In this document: piece by piece, positions 1 to 13,901 of the stretch | Position numbering within the stretch: the stretch's first letter is position 1 | How the letters are laid out: each line of letters opens with the position of its first letter | From: Eukaryota sp. GEM-RC1 | Taxonomy: Eukaryota | Length of the DNA stretch: 64,000 nucleotides | Direction of reading: 5' to 3' | NCBI GenBank assembly: GCA_040285855.1 | Contig: JAUFOQ010000003.1 | Location: 1-64,000, forward strand | Made by a program: the position numbers and the translations under genes | Notes under the pieces: generated by a model | Seen by the model: the letters and a program-made list of their open reading frames with translations, nothing else | The model's database searches: none | What the model was told of the DNA's origin: nothing

Positions 1-2329
1 TGCAATCACAATCAAATTTAGGTCAAAATGATTTTCTCTGAGAACAGCTCATGACAGTCAATCATGTTGTACACCGTCATGAACATCCCTGCCCATGTTT
101 GTATGAAGTTAGAACGGTGGAACATGTCTAGAGGCTGTGCACGAGTGTAAAGACTGGTAAAAGTGTCGAAATCGTGATTACTTAGGAGCTCCTTTCGATA
201 CTTTTAACAATTACCAGCATAATCTATGCATACGATAACCTAATAGTACTGTTAACAGCATCAGTTGAATTAGTTTCATCTTAACTCCAGTAGTGTTTGA
301 ATATTGGTCAAGTTCAATTGATTCTCCAGCTTGACTAGTGATACATTTTGATTTCTTCTTTACTACAGTTATGTACCATACTAATATGCAAATGGCACAC
401 CTACTGGTGCATGATCATATGATTGTAGGAAGAAGTTGTTGTATAAGTATGTGATTTCAACTTACCTGTAAACTATCATGTAAAGGGGACATTGGATTCT
501 CTTAGTATACATTCTGTACAGCTAGTGTACACACACATTATAGTAACCCAACAGTACTGGATCGCCTCTCAAGTTGACATGGTGAATTAATTATTTTAGT
601 CAAAATAGTTAAATTTCATTCTTCAGTGGTTACTTGAAAATTGTCTACGACTCTGGTATAGTGTTACTATGGTGGTGTTCATTAGTCATACAACAATCAA
701 AACTCATCATGAAGATCGACAAAGAGCAGTAGTATGGTCAAATTTGAAAATGAACAAAACCACTTCTACAACACTTCAAAGTTGTTTTCACATGCTCACA
801 CAAGAGTAGAATCAGTATCAATGTCAAACACCAAAAGTCAATCAAAATTGTATCACAGTCAATCAAACATCATTCACAGCAATTATATGCCACTACATCA
901 CGTAAATCCAAAATATGAAAAATCAACACCATCTAGTCCAAAAGAAACAATTAAAACAGTATATCAGTACATTGGTAGATCGTTTCTACATCAACACAAC
1001 ACTTTTACAAACAATGACTATTACCACTGTAATACAATGTAAACTATCAATATTGACCCTAATGGATCAACTCAAGTCTATATATTTTGAAACTTTTCAC
1101 CTCAACTATAGTGACAAACTGACCATGTATAAAATGTTGACCAAAGTACATGTGAAAAATAAAAGTCTTTGAAAGTTGATAAATGTTATACCAATGGGTT
1201 GTTTACATCGTTTAGATGATGTATTTGTAATATCAGTGATATTGGTTGGTAAAGTGTATGGTCTTTAGTTATTGGTAATTTTGAAGTGTACATGAAAGTT
1301 GTAAATTTCCACTTTTAACACCTTAACTGATGATCTTGAGAAGTTATATATTGGTTTGGAATCAATTTTATCTGAGTCGAATGTTTTCATTTTGACTTGG
1401 TAGTACTAGTGTATGAGTATCAAAGTGACAAAATGAATGTTATGGATATTGAACAGTTGTACTAGTAGTAGTTGTAGTATCACTGTAGTAGTGTTCACAG
1501 TGAACATAAGTTGTTGAATTAAATTCTGTGGTAAAAAGTGGTCATTGGTGGATTTTGTTTTGGCAGTCCTTTGATTTCACATTGGTTTAATTTGTTTTTG
1601 GATTTTGCGTAGTGGTTTGATAGTTAACAAGTGTACATTTCAAATTAGGTTTGTTCAAGTCAAGTTGTCAATGTTTGGTATATAATGAGTATTTTGGTAT
1701 TAAAATATGAGTCACTTGAGCACTAGTTTTGATCATTATATAGTGGTTAAGTAAGTGTTTTTGTATAATGTGGTTGATGTAAAATTTTAAATTTAATATG
1801 TTTGATTTCTATATTTATTACTTTAATGTATGTAATTGTGTTGTAATTCGTTGAGATTGAGTTAATCGATATAGTTTTGAATCCTCATAGACAGAATGAT
1901 GATACATGTGGGTGTGTATAACAATCAATCAATTTTGATTGGTACCAAGATTTAAGCTCAATATTGGTTCTACTTACTACCTTGAGTTTTGTTTACGTGT
2001 TTAGACTTGTTTGTTGGATAGTGTAGTATGTGAACTGCTGGTTGAAGTTACACATGGTGATTATAAAGTTGGTGTATCTGATAATAAACGAATTATTAAT
2101 GTTTATTAAAAGTATTACTAATATTTTACAACAATATTAGTCGAATTTTTGAATCTTTTGCTTTTGATTGTACTAATGATACTGTCTGTGTTATCATTTG
2201 TTGTACAACTGAAATTCAATTTAACATCCATTTATTATACAGTTGTAATAAGTTTTCAAAATTTTCAACCAAACATCACATAAATCACTACCCAAAGGTA
2301 CAAAATAACTACCCAATAACAAACAAAAA

Positions 2330-2448
2330 GAATGCAGCACTCAGTGTTCGCTTGTGGTCTCCCACCAAACTACTAACTAAGCCTTTGGCCACTTAACTTC
2401 GGAATTCGGAATGGGATCCGGTGCTATGGACCAAGTATGGCCGCATTC
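2330..2448 (-). rRNA. 5S rRNA, copy 1
   Basis: Reverse complement GAATGCGGCCATAC...GATCCCATTCCGAATTCCGAAGTTAAG...GTGCTGCATTC; 119 nt, paired ends, followed by T5 terminator. Confidence 0.95.
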
Positions 2449-5400
2449 ATGGGTTACACTGTGATTGTGGGTTTAAGCTTGATGAGTAGTATACTATTGG
2501 TGTGGTAATACTAATACACTTGGTATGTGTTTTGTACTTTTGTACTACATTGAGTCATGTTCATAGTAGTAGATAGATTGTACATGGTGATGTTGTTACT
2601 ATGACACAATTTTGATACAAACTTATAACCTTTAGAAGTTGAGTCTGACCAATTATCTTGTATATGTGTGACATAGAATTACACTGTTTTAACAATATGT
2701 TTATGTTTGGTAGTATGTGGTATTGTTAATGTTGTGTGATTCAAAATTTGTATAGTTTCAAGTGTCAATATTAAGATGTATGTAACATGTGTAGTCTAGT
2801 GATATGGTGTAGTAGTAGTACAGATGTTTTGTCATTAACATTTGTGATTTTGCATAGATTTATAAAACTATTGGTACAAGACATTGCTAAATATTTGACA
2901 TTATTTAAAATTTGTCAAACTCAAGTAACACTGTTTTATTCGATTTGATGTGAATATGAGTACTGTAAGTGGTGATTATGTATAGTGTATAGTATGTGTC
3001 ATGTATCAGTGTGTGACTTGTACTTACATGTATAAGTCTATTTGATATTGGTGTACTATTTATGTAATTGTGATTAAGACTGTGATTATCAGATAGATTT
3101 AAGTCCATCAATTACATTTGATTAACTCTTGTCATTTGATTTAGTACTATACTATGTATGTATGTAGTACTATGGTACATGTTTAGCTATATGTCTATCT
3201 CATCTACATCACTATCATTATGATTGTGAATGTGATGAAGGTATGTTGTGAATCACTCTAATCAATTTTGATTGGTTTAGTGATTGTGATCGGCAATTAC
3301 TAGTACAACTACACGCCAATGACTACTCTATACTACACTATTAGTGTTAGAGTCATGACACTACATGTACATAACAATTGATCTGATTTTATGAAACTCC
3401 AATTACTACAATTGATGATTGTCTAGTTGATTACAACCACTATACCAACTAATCCATGACACCCATGGACCAATCAAAATTGATTGAAAAATGTTTTCAC
3501 TTGGTATGCTGAAACTGCCTAAAATCAGCTCAAAATGACCCTCAATCCGTCTCTCTACGTGATTTTTTGAAAAGTGATTTTGATTGGTATACCAGATCTA
3601 CTAAGAATCGACTGAAAGTGACCCACAATCAACGAATTTACATGATTTTCGACTAACAATCAGATTTTGACTCCCATGTAACTCCTCACCAATCAAACTT
3701 GAACACTTCTAATTGCTTGTACAGGTTCCCCTACGGGGCCCTAGTACCCTATGTAGTACTCCAAGTTCCCAAAAAAGGCTCTAAAAAATGACCATTTGAA
3801 AGGTTATTGATTGTGTTTACAAAATATCTCTAACTCGAGCCGCCGCAAGTACATCACGCGGCTCCCGAGTTACAACAATTTTGTAAACGCAATCCGAACT
3901 AGACTTATCACCATCGTGCTAGGTACTACATAGTGTAGTACTCAAGTCCACTTCGACTTGGTGTAGGGTACTTCAAACGAGTTCCCCACAAACCCCTAAA
4001 ACATGATGATCCCATTTTACATTTGTCACAAGAAGAAACTTTTTATAAAAAGTTTAAACATTTCCCCCAATAGGAGGCTCTGAGGCCAGGTACTAAAAGG
4101 GCGACTACTCCTCTATCACCAATGCAGTGCACCTATTATCCAAAGGCACAGGGCCCTCAAACAATAAACACAACAACACAGCGAACGAAGATGTCTAGGC
4201 GGAATTGTCTAAGATCCATTGGTTACCCAACATCTCTCAGACTATCCTCGTGCAACCAGTTTTATGGCGTAGAAACACGGCAGATCGATAAATCAATCTA
4301 CAACTAACCCTATTACAGTCCCAGTACCATGCAGGACTTACTTAAAAATTAGTCAATGACTTTCACATAGTATCATTGACTTTGGTAGCATACAGTTGGT
4401 CGGTTACTGTTTGTAGTGTATACACAACATTCTGTGTTTGTACCACTTTATTGTTCCCATCAAATCCATCACCAGTTTCAGCACTAAGTACTACTGTGGT
4501 GTTGTCTTTAATGGGTAAAGTAGTCGTTGACTTGTCGATATAAAAATAATAAAGACTCGTCCTTTGACAATGTACTGCTACTACCGACAGTCAATGTCAA
4601 TTAAACTCAAAAAAATCTTAGTCGTTTTTACGAAATTTATAGTTTTCACTATTGTTTCCTACTAAGTGTATTCGAGTGTGGTACTGTCGTTTGATCCACG
4701 GCACAGACATGAACCATCAAGTACCATGGTTGAGACATGCACTAGTCACTTGACGTGCATTTGGACTGTCAGTATTAGATACCAACAGTCTTGGCTTATA
4801 GATATGGTTCTAAAACAGAACCACTATATACCTTAAGAGTATTAAGACTCTAGTTACTACACAGGAGTCTCTACTCTTTGGTGTGTCATCATTGGTCTTA
4901 GTCAATGATACTTCAGCCTTAGTCATTACAACCAAGGTCGAACCACCATTTATGCAACCAAGACCTAAACACACATGCATCTTATCATCTTAGCATTTTG
5001 AATAACCAAGAATGACAAAGACACATAGTCTCAACCATCTCAACCATTAGCTACTTAGATACATACATACTTATATACAATCTTGAGTAACTATGATTGG
5101 ACTCAACTATGACTAACTCATTGTATGTTCACCACACAACGAATCAGCCAACTCTTGTTGAGTTAGCATTGAACCCCTTCCCAAGTGGTCTAAAGAGAGA
5201 AGACATGTTTAACCACGCCTTCTCCAGAACTAGGAACATCAGATGAGCCTCAGTAACTCGTGTCAATACAACACTTGTACACGTACAGCACTGGTGTTCC
5301 ATATCTGAGTCGTCTACTCAGGTTCCACGCACCAGCAAGTCTTCATAGTTTCAATGATCAATGACTAGTCTTCGACCAATCACCAATCTCACTAGTGTGA

Positions 5401-5648
5401 TATTGGGGCGATGCAAGCACCAATCTCTAATCTTTATCGATTAGTTCTGCTGGACAATATGTGGATCTTTCTAGGCTGGATACTAACTTAGAGGCGTTCA
5501 GTTATAATCCAACATACGTAGCTTCGCAGCAATGCCTTTCAGACAACCGCATAAACCAACTGTATGATGCAAGGGTTCCTCTCGTACTGACTTGCATTAC
5601 TATTAGATCCACTAACAATCAGTAGGGTAAAACTAACCTGTCTCATGA

Positions 5649-6657
5649 CAGGTTAGTAGTTCTACTTGCTTTGTATTTTAGTTTCTTTAGATTCTATTTA
5701 CTTTATAATAAATACCTGTCTCACGAAGACAGAGGTCCACCATGGTCCGGGTGGTAACTGACTTCAACGGCTCTAAAGTATCATCGTGAGTCTGACTCCC
5801 TATGATCGTAAACATTTTTAAATACCAAGGAAGGTTTAAAAAGAAAAGCTAAAATTTCATTTCAGATTTGGTTTCTGAAAACAATTCTGAAATTTTTGGT
5901 AAGTTACAAAAGCGAAGCTGGAGAAGAGTTTTGCCTAAGTAACTATGTTTTAATCAATTTTATATATATGTCGTTTTCGTACAGAATTCAATTAATTATG
6001 AATTTCATTTATTAGTTAGTTTAGTTTTCTTTTAGAATTTTTTCAAATTTTAATAATAAATACCTGTCTCACGAAACATTGAAAAGTTTTTCTCACCAAT
6101 GAGAAAAAGAAAAAGTATGCTGATTTCTTCTTACCTTCAACAGGTTGTTTTTATGATACAACTGTTGTTGGTGGGAATAATCATTCACTTGAGAATGCAT
6201 TCAAGTCCCAGTTCTTGAGAAAAATGAACAATTATCAAGTTTTGATTGATGAAGGGCAAATATCTGAAGTTTGTCCGTTAATTTTTTCAAATTATGGTGG
6301 TATTGATCACAAGACTCTGAAAGTTCTAAGGAAATTGAAGTTCTCAACTCGTTCTTTTCAAATCATTAATTCTATTATTTTACGAGGCTCTTTGAAGTGT
6401 TGGTATGCGTACAGAAATACCAAGGAAGGTTTAAAAAGCAGTGCTTAAAATTTCATTTCAGATTTGGTTTCTGAAAACAATTCTGAAATTTTTGGTAAGT
6501 TACAAAAGCGAAGCTGGAGAAGAGTTTTGCCTAAGTAACTATGTTTTAATCAATTTTATATATATGTCGTTTTCGTACAGAATTCAATTAATTATGAATT
6601 TCATTTATTAGTTAGTTTAGTTTTCTTTTAGAATTTTTTCAAATTTTAATAATAAAT

Positions 6658-6670
<13 letters not shown>
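5649..6670 (+). mobile_element. Three tandem short retroposon inserts in 28S site B: 5649-5713, 5727-6061 (tRNA-like head plus LINE tail), 6075-6657 (5'-truncated REL C-terminus plus 3'UTR)
   Basis: The 13-mer ACCTGTCTCACGA occurs at 5636 (1 mismatch), 5714, 6062 and 6658. Each insert ends AATAAAT. The third encodes ...ADFFLPSTGCFYDTTVVGG...PLIFSNYGG, a REL endonuclease-like segment. Confidence 0.9.
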
Positions 6671-6697
<27 letters not shown>

Positions 6698-6799
6698 TTA
6701 ATGGGTGAACAATCCAACGCTTTGAGAATTCTGCTTCTCAATGATAGGAAGAGCCGACATCGAAGAATCAAAAAGCAACGTCGCTATGAACGCTTGGCT

Positions 6800-6842
<43 letters not shown>

Positions 6843-7196
6843 ATCTAAAAGATCTTTATAAATAAAGGATCGTTAGGCCACAATTTCTTGGTTTGTATTC
6901 GTACTGAAAATCAAAATCAAGTGAGCTTTTGCCCTTATACTCTACGTGAGATTTCTGTCCTCACTGAGCTCACCTTAGGACACCTCCGTTATTATTTTGG
7001 AGATGTGCCGCCCCAGCCAAACTCCCCATCTGATAATGTCCTCAAATCCAATCACACCGAAGTGCTTAGGTCTTGAAACAGGTAAACCTGTCTCGGATTA
7101 ATTGAGTGAGCAAACCAATGTCAAGAGTCAGGGTGTTTCATTGTCGACCGAAGTCTCCCCTGTACACTACACCTCCTGAATCAGTTCACAATATCA

Positions 7197-7234
<38 letters not shown>

Positions 7235-7240
7235 GATTTA

Positions 7241-7274
<34 letters not shown>

Positions 7275-7298
7275 CTAGTAGGTAGGGACAGTGCGAAC

Positions 7299-7331
<33 letters not shown>

Positions 7332-7332
7332 G

Positions 7333-7377
<45 letters not shown>

Positions 7378-8647
7378 TGTTTACACGTGCTTGATTGAAT
7401 CTCTTCACAATGACATTCAGAGCACTGAGCAGAAATCACTTTCTGTCATCACCGTTTCCGGCCATCAGAAAGCTTTGTTTCGATTAAACAGTCGGGTTCG
7501 CTTTGTCCGTTACAGTTCTAGGTTGATCTTTAATTGCACAGAAGTTATCCCAACAGGTCCAGCTTTGCCAACAGCCCAGAGTTGCCTCCAAGCCGTCGAC
7601 TCCACCTTCACTGCCAGGGCCTCCATACAAGACCCCTAGAGCCAATCCTTATCCCGAAGTTACGGATCTATTTTGCCGACTTCCCTTACCTACATTATGC
7701 TATTGACCAGAGGCTACACACCTTGGAGACCTGATGCGGTTATCGGTACGGACATTGATGAAGTACTCGCCCCTAGATTTTCAAGGGCCGTGAAAGATAC
7801 ACCAGACACTACAATTAAGCAGTGCTCTTTCCGCGTTACCTCCATTTCTCCAGCTAAGTTGATTCCATGGACGCTACACAGTTAATAAGAAAAGATAACT
7901 CTTCCTGGGATCCTTCCCGGCATCTCTAAGTTTGATTGTGTTACCACTGCACACCCATCAATGGTGCAGGAATATTAACCTGCTTCCCTTTCCACGTGAT
8001 AGACATAAATGCCTCTCTCCTGAGTTAACCCGCGTGTTAGGACCGACTAACCCATGGCAGAATACCTTTACCATGGAACCCTACTCCACTTCGGTCAACA
8101 AGATTCTAACTTGTTTATTTGCTACTACCACCAAGATCTGTACTGGAGGCTGCTCCAGTCCACCTCACGATGAACCTTCAACGCAACCCCCATTACCTTC
8201 CAACACATTGAGGCATCAAATACCTCAATGGACATGTATAGGTGGCATACTTTAGCGCCATCAATTTTCAGGGCTAGTTGATTCGGCAGGTAAGTTGTTA
8301 CACACTTCTGAGCGGATTCCGACTTCCATGGCCACCGTCCTGCTGTCTAAATGTATCAACACCTTTTTGGGGTCTAAATGAGTACACACTTAGGCACCTT
8401 AACGTGACGTCCGGTTCATCCCGCATCGCCAGTTCTGCTTACCAAAAATGGCCCACTAAGAACTCATATTCAAACGCCACAATCACAAAAGTATTGCAGA
8501 GTGTCTTGCCCATTTAAAGTTTGAGAATAGGCTAAGAGCATTGCGCCCCTAGTACCTCTAATCATTAGCTTTACCGGACAAAACTAACACGAGCTCCAGC
8601 TATCCTGGGGGAAACTTCGGGAGGAACCAGCTACTAGCCGCTTCGAT

Positions 8648-11600
8648 TTTTTTTTTTTCCCTTCATGACACAAACTTTCAAAAGACAAACTCGATCTCTT
8701 CGTTTGGCTTCTTCCTCTGAGAAGCTCCCTGACAAGCCCTCTGATCCTCCTTCGGGTGTTGCCAAGAAAAAACCTGCTTCTTCTTCTTCATCTAAAAAGA
8801 AGAAACCTCCTCCTTCTACTTCTTCTCTACGCGGAACGTCTTCCCCAGAGTGTGTTGTATCTTCTAACAAGCTTTTAGCAACCTCTCATGATGTTTCCGC
8901 AGTTTTAGAGGAAGGAAAAAATCTTCCTCATCTACCTCCTCTACTTCCTCTTCCTCCTTCATTCCTGTACTCAATTCATCCTCTACAAGACCTCCTCCAT
9001 CGGTTAGAAGCAAATCCTCTTCCATTTCTACAAATGTCTCTCCTGAAAAACACGCGTGTTTTGACACGTGTGTTGAAAATTTAAATTCTTCCTCCTTGTA
9101 TCCTGTTACTTGTCCTTCATGTGATTCCTCCTTAGGTACTAAGAAAGCCCTGTACCAACATTTCAATGGGGGCAAGTGCCCAAATGATTTTGTTCCGTCC
9201 TCTTCTTTTCTCTCTCCCTACAATCTTTCTTTCTGTCCTGTTGATGGTTGCTCAACCATCATCACAAAATCGAAAGCTGGTTTAACAGCTCATATTACCA
9301 AGATGCATGGTGATTTGCCTACTGGTGTTCAATTCGATTTTAAAAATTCTAGTTCTTTCCCTTCAAAATCTTTTGGTTCTAATTTGTTTGAATTTTCAGA
9401 TGAACTTTTTGTTTCTTTTTGTGAGCATATTTTTAAAACTGCTCCTTTTCTTTTCCAGTTAAGAAGTCCTTTTTGATGTACTTAACATCATTTGTTCTGC
9501 TCCTTTATCTCTTGAATCCAAAGCACGCTGGATTCTCCTTGCTCTTCCTTGTCTCTTTGCCAAGGGTAACTGTAATTCTAACTTCAAGAATTCAGTTTCT
9601 TTTTGTCGGCAGAGGATTTTTCTTTCTTAACCCCTCAAGTCTCTTCTTCTTCTAAGTCTTGTTCTTCTACTCGTTCCATGAAGTTGCTTCGTGATGGTGC
9701 TATTTCCAAAGCTTTTGATGTGCTGCTGAGAGACCCCTCTTCTCAGCTTTCTTTTCATCTGACACATTTCAAAAGTTGGTTGATCTTCATCCATCTGGTC
9801 CAAATCTGACCAATTTGGTTGAACCAGCTTCTTGTTCGTTTAGTTTTTCTGCTGAATCAGTGGTCTCTGCTATTCGCACTTACCCCAAAGGTTCTGCTGG
9901 TGGTCCTTTTGGCTGGACTTTGTCCCATTTTCCTGCCGTGTTGTCTGCTGATTTAAAAGAAATTTTGGTTTTTTGTTTAACAGCTTTTTAAACAATTCTT
10001 GCTCTTCTGTTCTGTCTTCTGTTTTGACTTCCTCTAAACTTCTTGCTCTTTCAAAACCCAATGGTGGGGTAAGACCTATTGCTGTATCTGAACTGTTTCC
10101 TCGGATTGTTGCTCGTTTCTTGGTTAAGAAGCTTAACTCCGATGTTTTCCGCAAATCTGGCCAGTTTGGTGTTTCATGCCCAAATGGTTCCGAAGCTATC
10201 GTCCATTATCTCCGTTCTTTGCGTTTCTCCCATCCTAGTTCTCGAATTATTTCTGTTGACATCAGGAATGCTTTTAACTGCGTTGACCGCATCCAGATGC
10301 TAAAGGCGGTCAAACAGTTTCCTGATCTACTTCCTTTTTTCTTTTGGAGTTATAGTACTCCTTCTGATTTGTTCTTTGACAATCATTGTCTTTCTTCTTC
10401 TCAAGGCGTCCGTCAAGGAGATCCTCTTGGTCCCTTTCTTTACTCTTTGACCACGCTTCCTGTTCTTTCCTGGCTTAATTCTCTTTCTGGTGTTTCTTGT
10501 GTAGCTTACCTGGATGACACTTATATTGTCATTGATTCTGATGTTGATTCTTCTGACCTTTTGAATCAGTTATCGCAAAAATATGCTGATCTTGGTCTGG
10601 ATCTTAATCTTGACAAGACCAAAATTTTTGCGACCTTTGACAATTTTGTTGCTTTAGGATCTCCAATTGGAGATTCTGCCTTTGAAAACGTTGGCCAAGA
10701 GTGCTTCCTCTTTCCTTAAAAACTATTTCAAAGTTGCCCGTTCAAGCTCAGCTTCTGTCGTACGTTACTGTATTAACTCAAAGTTGATGTATTGGGCTAG
10801 AACAGTGTCTGCTCCTTCTTCCAGGTTGCCCTCAAATTATTTTTCCAAGAACTTCTTTCTTGGATTTCTTCTCTTTACAGACTGCTATCCCTTATCCTGA
10901 TTTACTGTCCTTTCCTGTTTCTCTTGGTGGTTTTGGTTTGGCTGATCTTTCCTTAATTTGTGAGATTCCTAATGCCGTTTCTTTGTTTTCCACCCAGTTG
11001 TTATATTCCTTCCTTATATTCTTTTCCGTCTCCTATTGTAAAACTTACTTTGTCTACTTTAAAACCTATTCTTTTAGACTCAGATAATGCTTTTACCTAA
11101 GGGTGCTCCAGAAAAAACTAACTAGGATCTTCTTTTCAGATCGTGCTGAAATCTTTGCTTCTTCGTTGCCTTCAAATCTTCTTTCTGTCCATAATGCTTG
11201 CCAGTTACCTTTTTCTGGTCGTTTTCTTTCTCTTATTCCTTCTTGTCGAGACCTTACTCTTCAAGACTCCTCCCTCAGATGGATTTGCCGTCATCGTCTT
11301 CTTTGTAGTCAGGACATTGTTTCTTGTAATCTTTGCTCTTTTTCTTCGGTTGATGCTGGTCACAGCTCAAATTGTAACAGCTGTTCTCGTCATCGTACTT
11401 TTAGACATGACGAGATCAAGAATCCTACTGCCGAACACACTTCTTTTGCCGTTGAATTCAAATTGAAGCTTGGTGCCGCTTATGGGGTCATTGACTTGTT
11501 TGACCCCACATCTAAACTTGGTTTGGATGTTGCTGTGGTTGGGGGGAATGGTCATCTCCCTGACTATGATTTGGCCCATGCTGAATCACGTAAGTGGAAC

Positions 11601-11860
11601 AGGTATGGGAAGTTTAGACCTGGATTAATTTCTGATCTAGTTCCTTTGATTTTTTCAATTTTTGGTGGTTTGTTTGAGGAAACTATTGCTTCTTTGAAAT
11701 CTATTGGAGCTGATTCACTTATGGATCAGATTCATTGTATTTTAATTCGTAGAGGTGAGAGTATTTCTTGTTTGTATCAAACACTGGCTAAGCTTCGCTC
11801 AGCTGGTATTTAGTTTTAATTTCTTATATTTTGCTATTTGTATTGATTTACCTTAATAAA
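8648..11860 (+). mobile_element. Near full-length CRE-like (REL endonuclease) non-LTR retrotransposon inserted antisense in 28S site A (family A)
   Basis: 12-bp TSD AGCCGCTTCGAT at 8636-8647 and 11861-11872; the site is empty in unit 2 (23931-23942). Starts with a T-run, ends AATAAA. Confidence 0.93.
8665..11813 (+). pseudogene. Single-ORF retrotransposon protein (Zn fingers, RT, CCHC, REL endonuclease), frameshifted
   Basis: CPSC...H and CPVDGC...HITKMH fingers; SAGGPFGW, RPIAVSE, QFGV, DIRNAFN, GVRQGDPLGP, YLDD; CNLC...HSSNC...RHD...DVAVV...ESRKWNRY...PLIFSIFGG. Confidence 0.9.
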
Positions 11861-12383
11861 AGCCGCTTCGATGAGTCTTTCGCCCCTATACCCAAATTCG
11901 ACGAGTGATTTGCACGTCAACATCGCTGCGGACTTCCACCAGAATTTCTCCTGGCTTCATCCTACTCAGGCATAGTTCAGCGGCTTTCGGGTCGTATCCG
12001 TACTGCTCATACGCGGATCTCTTTACAAGAACCGGTTGGAGTTGCAAGCCGAAGCCATCACTCCATGAAATTACTTTCATTGCGCCCTCAGGTTTTTACA
12101 CCCTACGACTCGCAGTAAAGATACACTCCTTGGTCCGTGTTTCAAGACGGGACAGTTGGACCCTTTATATTGGAGTCTCGGCCGAAGCCGTATACCTGCC
12201 TCCAGAAGAATGTCAATGCCAAGGCTATAACACCACTAACAACCGAAGTCATCAATGGCTACCTTCCTCAACACATTCAAACTCCCAAAGGCACTCCAAT
12301 TCCGACAACCGAAGCTGTCTACTGTGGGGGGCCAACCGCTTATCCTATTAGTGATTTCAGGTACTTTTAACTCTCTCTTCAGA

Positions 12384-12414
<31 letters not shown>

Positions 12415-12926
12415 GAACTATCGGTCTCCAACTATATTTAGCTTTACGGGAATCTTACCCCGCATTTAACGCTGCATTTCCAAACAGCGCGACTCTCGGA
12501 ACACCAACGGTGATTCAGTCATTCGATGTCATGTACGGGATTTTCACCCTCCACGATACCCTTTTCCAAGGGTTTGTACACCGAGGACCAAACGCTGGAG
12601 TCCTTAGACCACATGTCGTCACAGCCAAAAGGCCATGAAGATTTAGTCTTGAGCTTTTTCCTGTTCGTTCGCCACTACTAAGGAAATCATAGTTATTTTC
12701 TTTTCCTCCCCTTATTGATATGCTTAAGTCCAGGGGGTACTCCTACTTGAAATCAGGCCATTTTTAATGGTTAGGACCGAGATCCTCAACTACACATCAG
12801 TAAATAATCAAGCTATTGCAAAAGTTGCCTTCAACAACAGTAATGACCATCAACAGTCAGTACAGAAGATGTATTTAAGATCAGAAGATATACTTCAAAC
12901 CCAATCAACCCGAAGGTTAAAGTGCA

Positions 12927-13090
12927 TACGACACTGATTCAAGTATACCCTAACAACGCCGAAGCATTGAAAGGGTGCCATGTGCGTTCAAAATTTCGAT
13001 GTTTCACAGGTTCTGCAATTCGCATTACGTATCGCATTTCGCTGCGTTCTTCATCGATCTTGGAGCCGAGACATCCATCACTAAGAGTCT
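12927..13090 (-). rRNA. 5.8S rRNA, unit 1
   Basis: GATGAAGAACGCAGCGAAATGCGATACGTAATGCGAATTGCAGAA motif on the minus strand. Confidence 0.93.
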
Positions 13091-13211
13091 TTTAATTTCA
13101 AACACTGTAAACAGCGTCTAAAAAGGTTTTTAAATTTTATAATAAATGAATTGGTTCGTTATTAAGGTTAAGTTATAGTGAAGCTCAACTTGCGTCAAGC
13201 AACACGTCGAC

Positions 13212-13344
13212 AATGATCCATCCGCAGGTTCACCTACGGATACCTTGTTACGACTTCTCCTTCCTCTAAATAGTAAGATTCACCCAATTTTCCCACCAGA
13301 CCTTGCTTTGCAGCTTGATCCAGCGAGTCCAAAGGTTTCACCTC

Positions 13345-13396
<52 letters not shown>

Positions 13397-13833
13397 TTCA
13401 GTGCATGCTGATGACATGCACTTACAAGTTATTCCTCGTTCAAGACCCATAATTGCAAGGGTCTATCCCAGTCAAGACAGACATTCTCAAGATTACCCAA
13501 ACTTTTCAGTTAAGGACAAACTCGTTGAATCTGCCATTGTAGCGCGCGTGCGGCCCAGAACATCTAAGGGCATCACAGACCTGTTATTGCCTAAACCTTC
13601 CTCTGTGTAAAACCACAGCAGTCTCGCTAAGAAGAACAACCTATCCGAAAATAAGCTATCCTATTTAGCGACTTAGATCTCGTTCGTTATCGGAATTAAC
13701 CAGACAAATCACTCCACCAACTAAGAACGGCCATGCGCCACTAACCGTAAGATCATGAAAGAGCTATCAATCTGTCAATCCTTATTACGTCTGGACCTGG
13801 TAAGTTTCTCCGTGTTGAGTCAGATTAAGCCGC

Positions 13834-13901
<68 letters not shown>

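Larger units (their letters stand above)
5225..12760 (-). rRNA. 28S (LSU) rRNA, unit 1, interrupted at 5649-6670 and 8648-11872
   Basis: Conserved LSU motifs (GACTTAAGCATATCAATAAG 5' region, sarcin-ricin loop AGTACGAGAGGAAC, TTAAGGTAGCCAAATGCC). The 3' end is approximate. Confidence 0.95.

Noticed and set aside
734..4307. Spacer ORFs repeated in each unit
   Set aside because: Low-complexity, no motifs; they recur only because the rDNA unit is repeated.
5649..6670. Group I introns in 28S
   Set aside because: TSDs, AATAAA ends and REL-coding sequence indicate retroposition; no group I core recognised.
7340..7360. Canonical R2 insertion site (AAGG/TAGC)
   Set aside because: Intact and empty in both units (also about 22632-22650), so the inserts are not classical R2.
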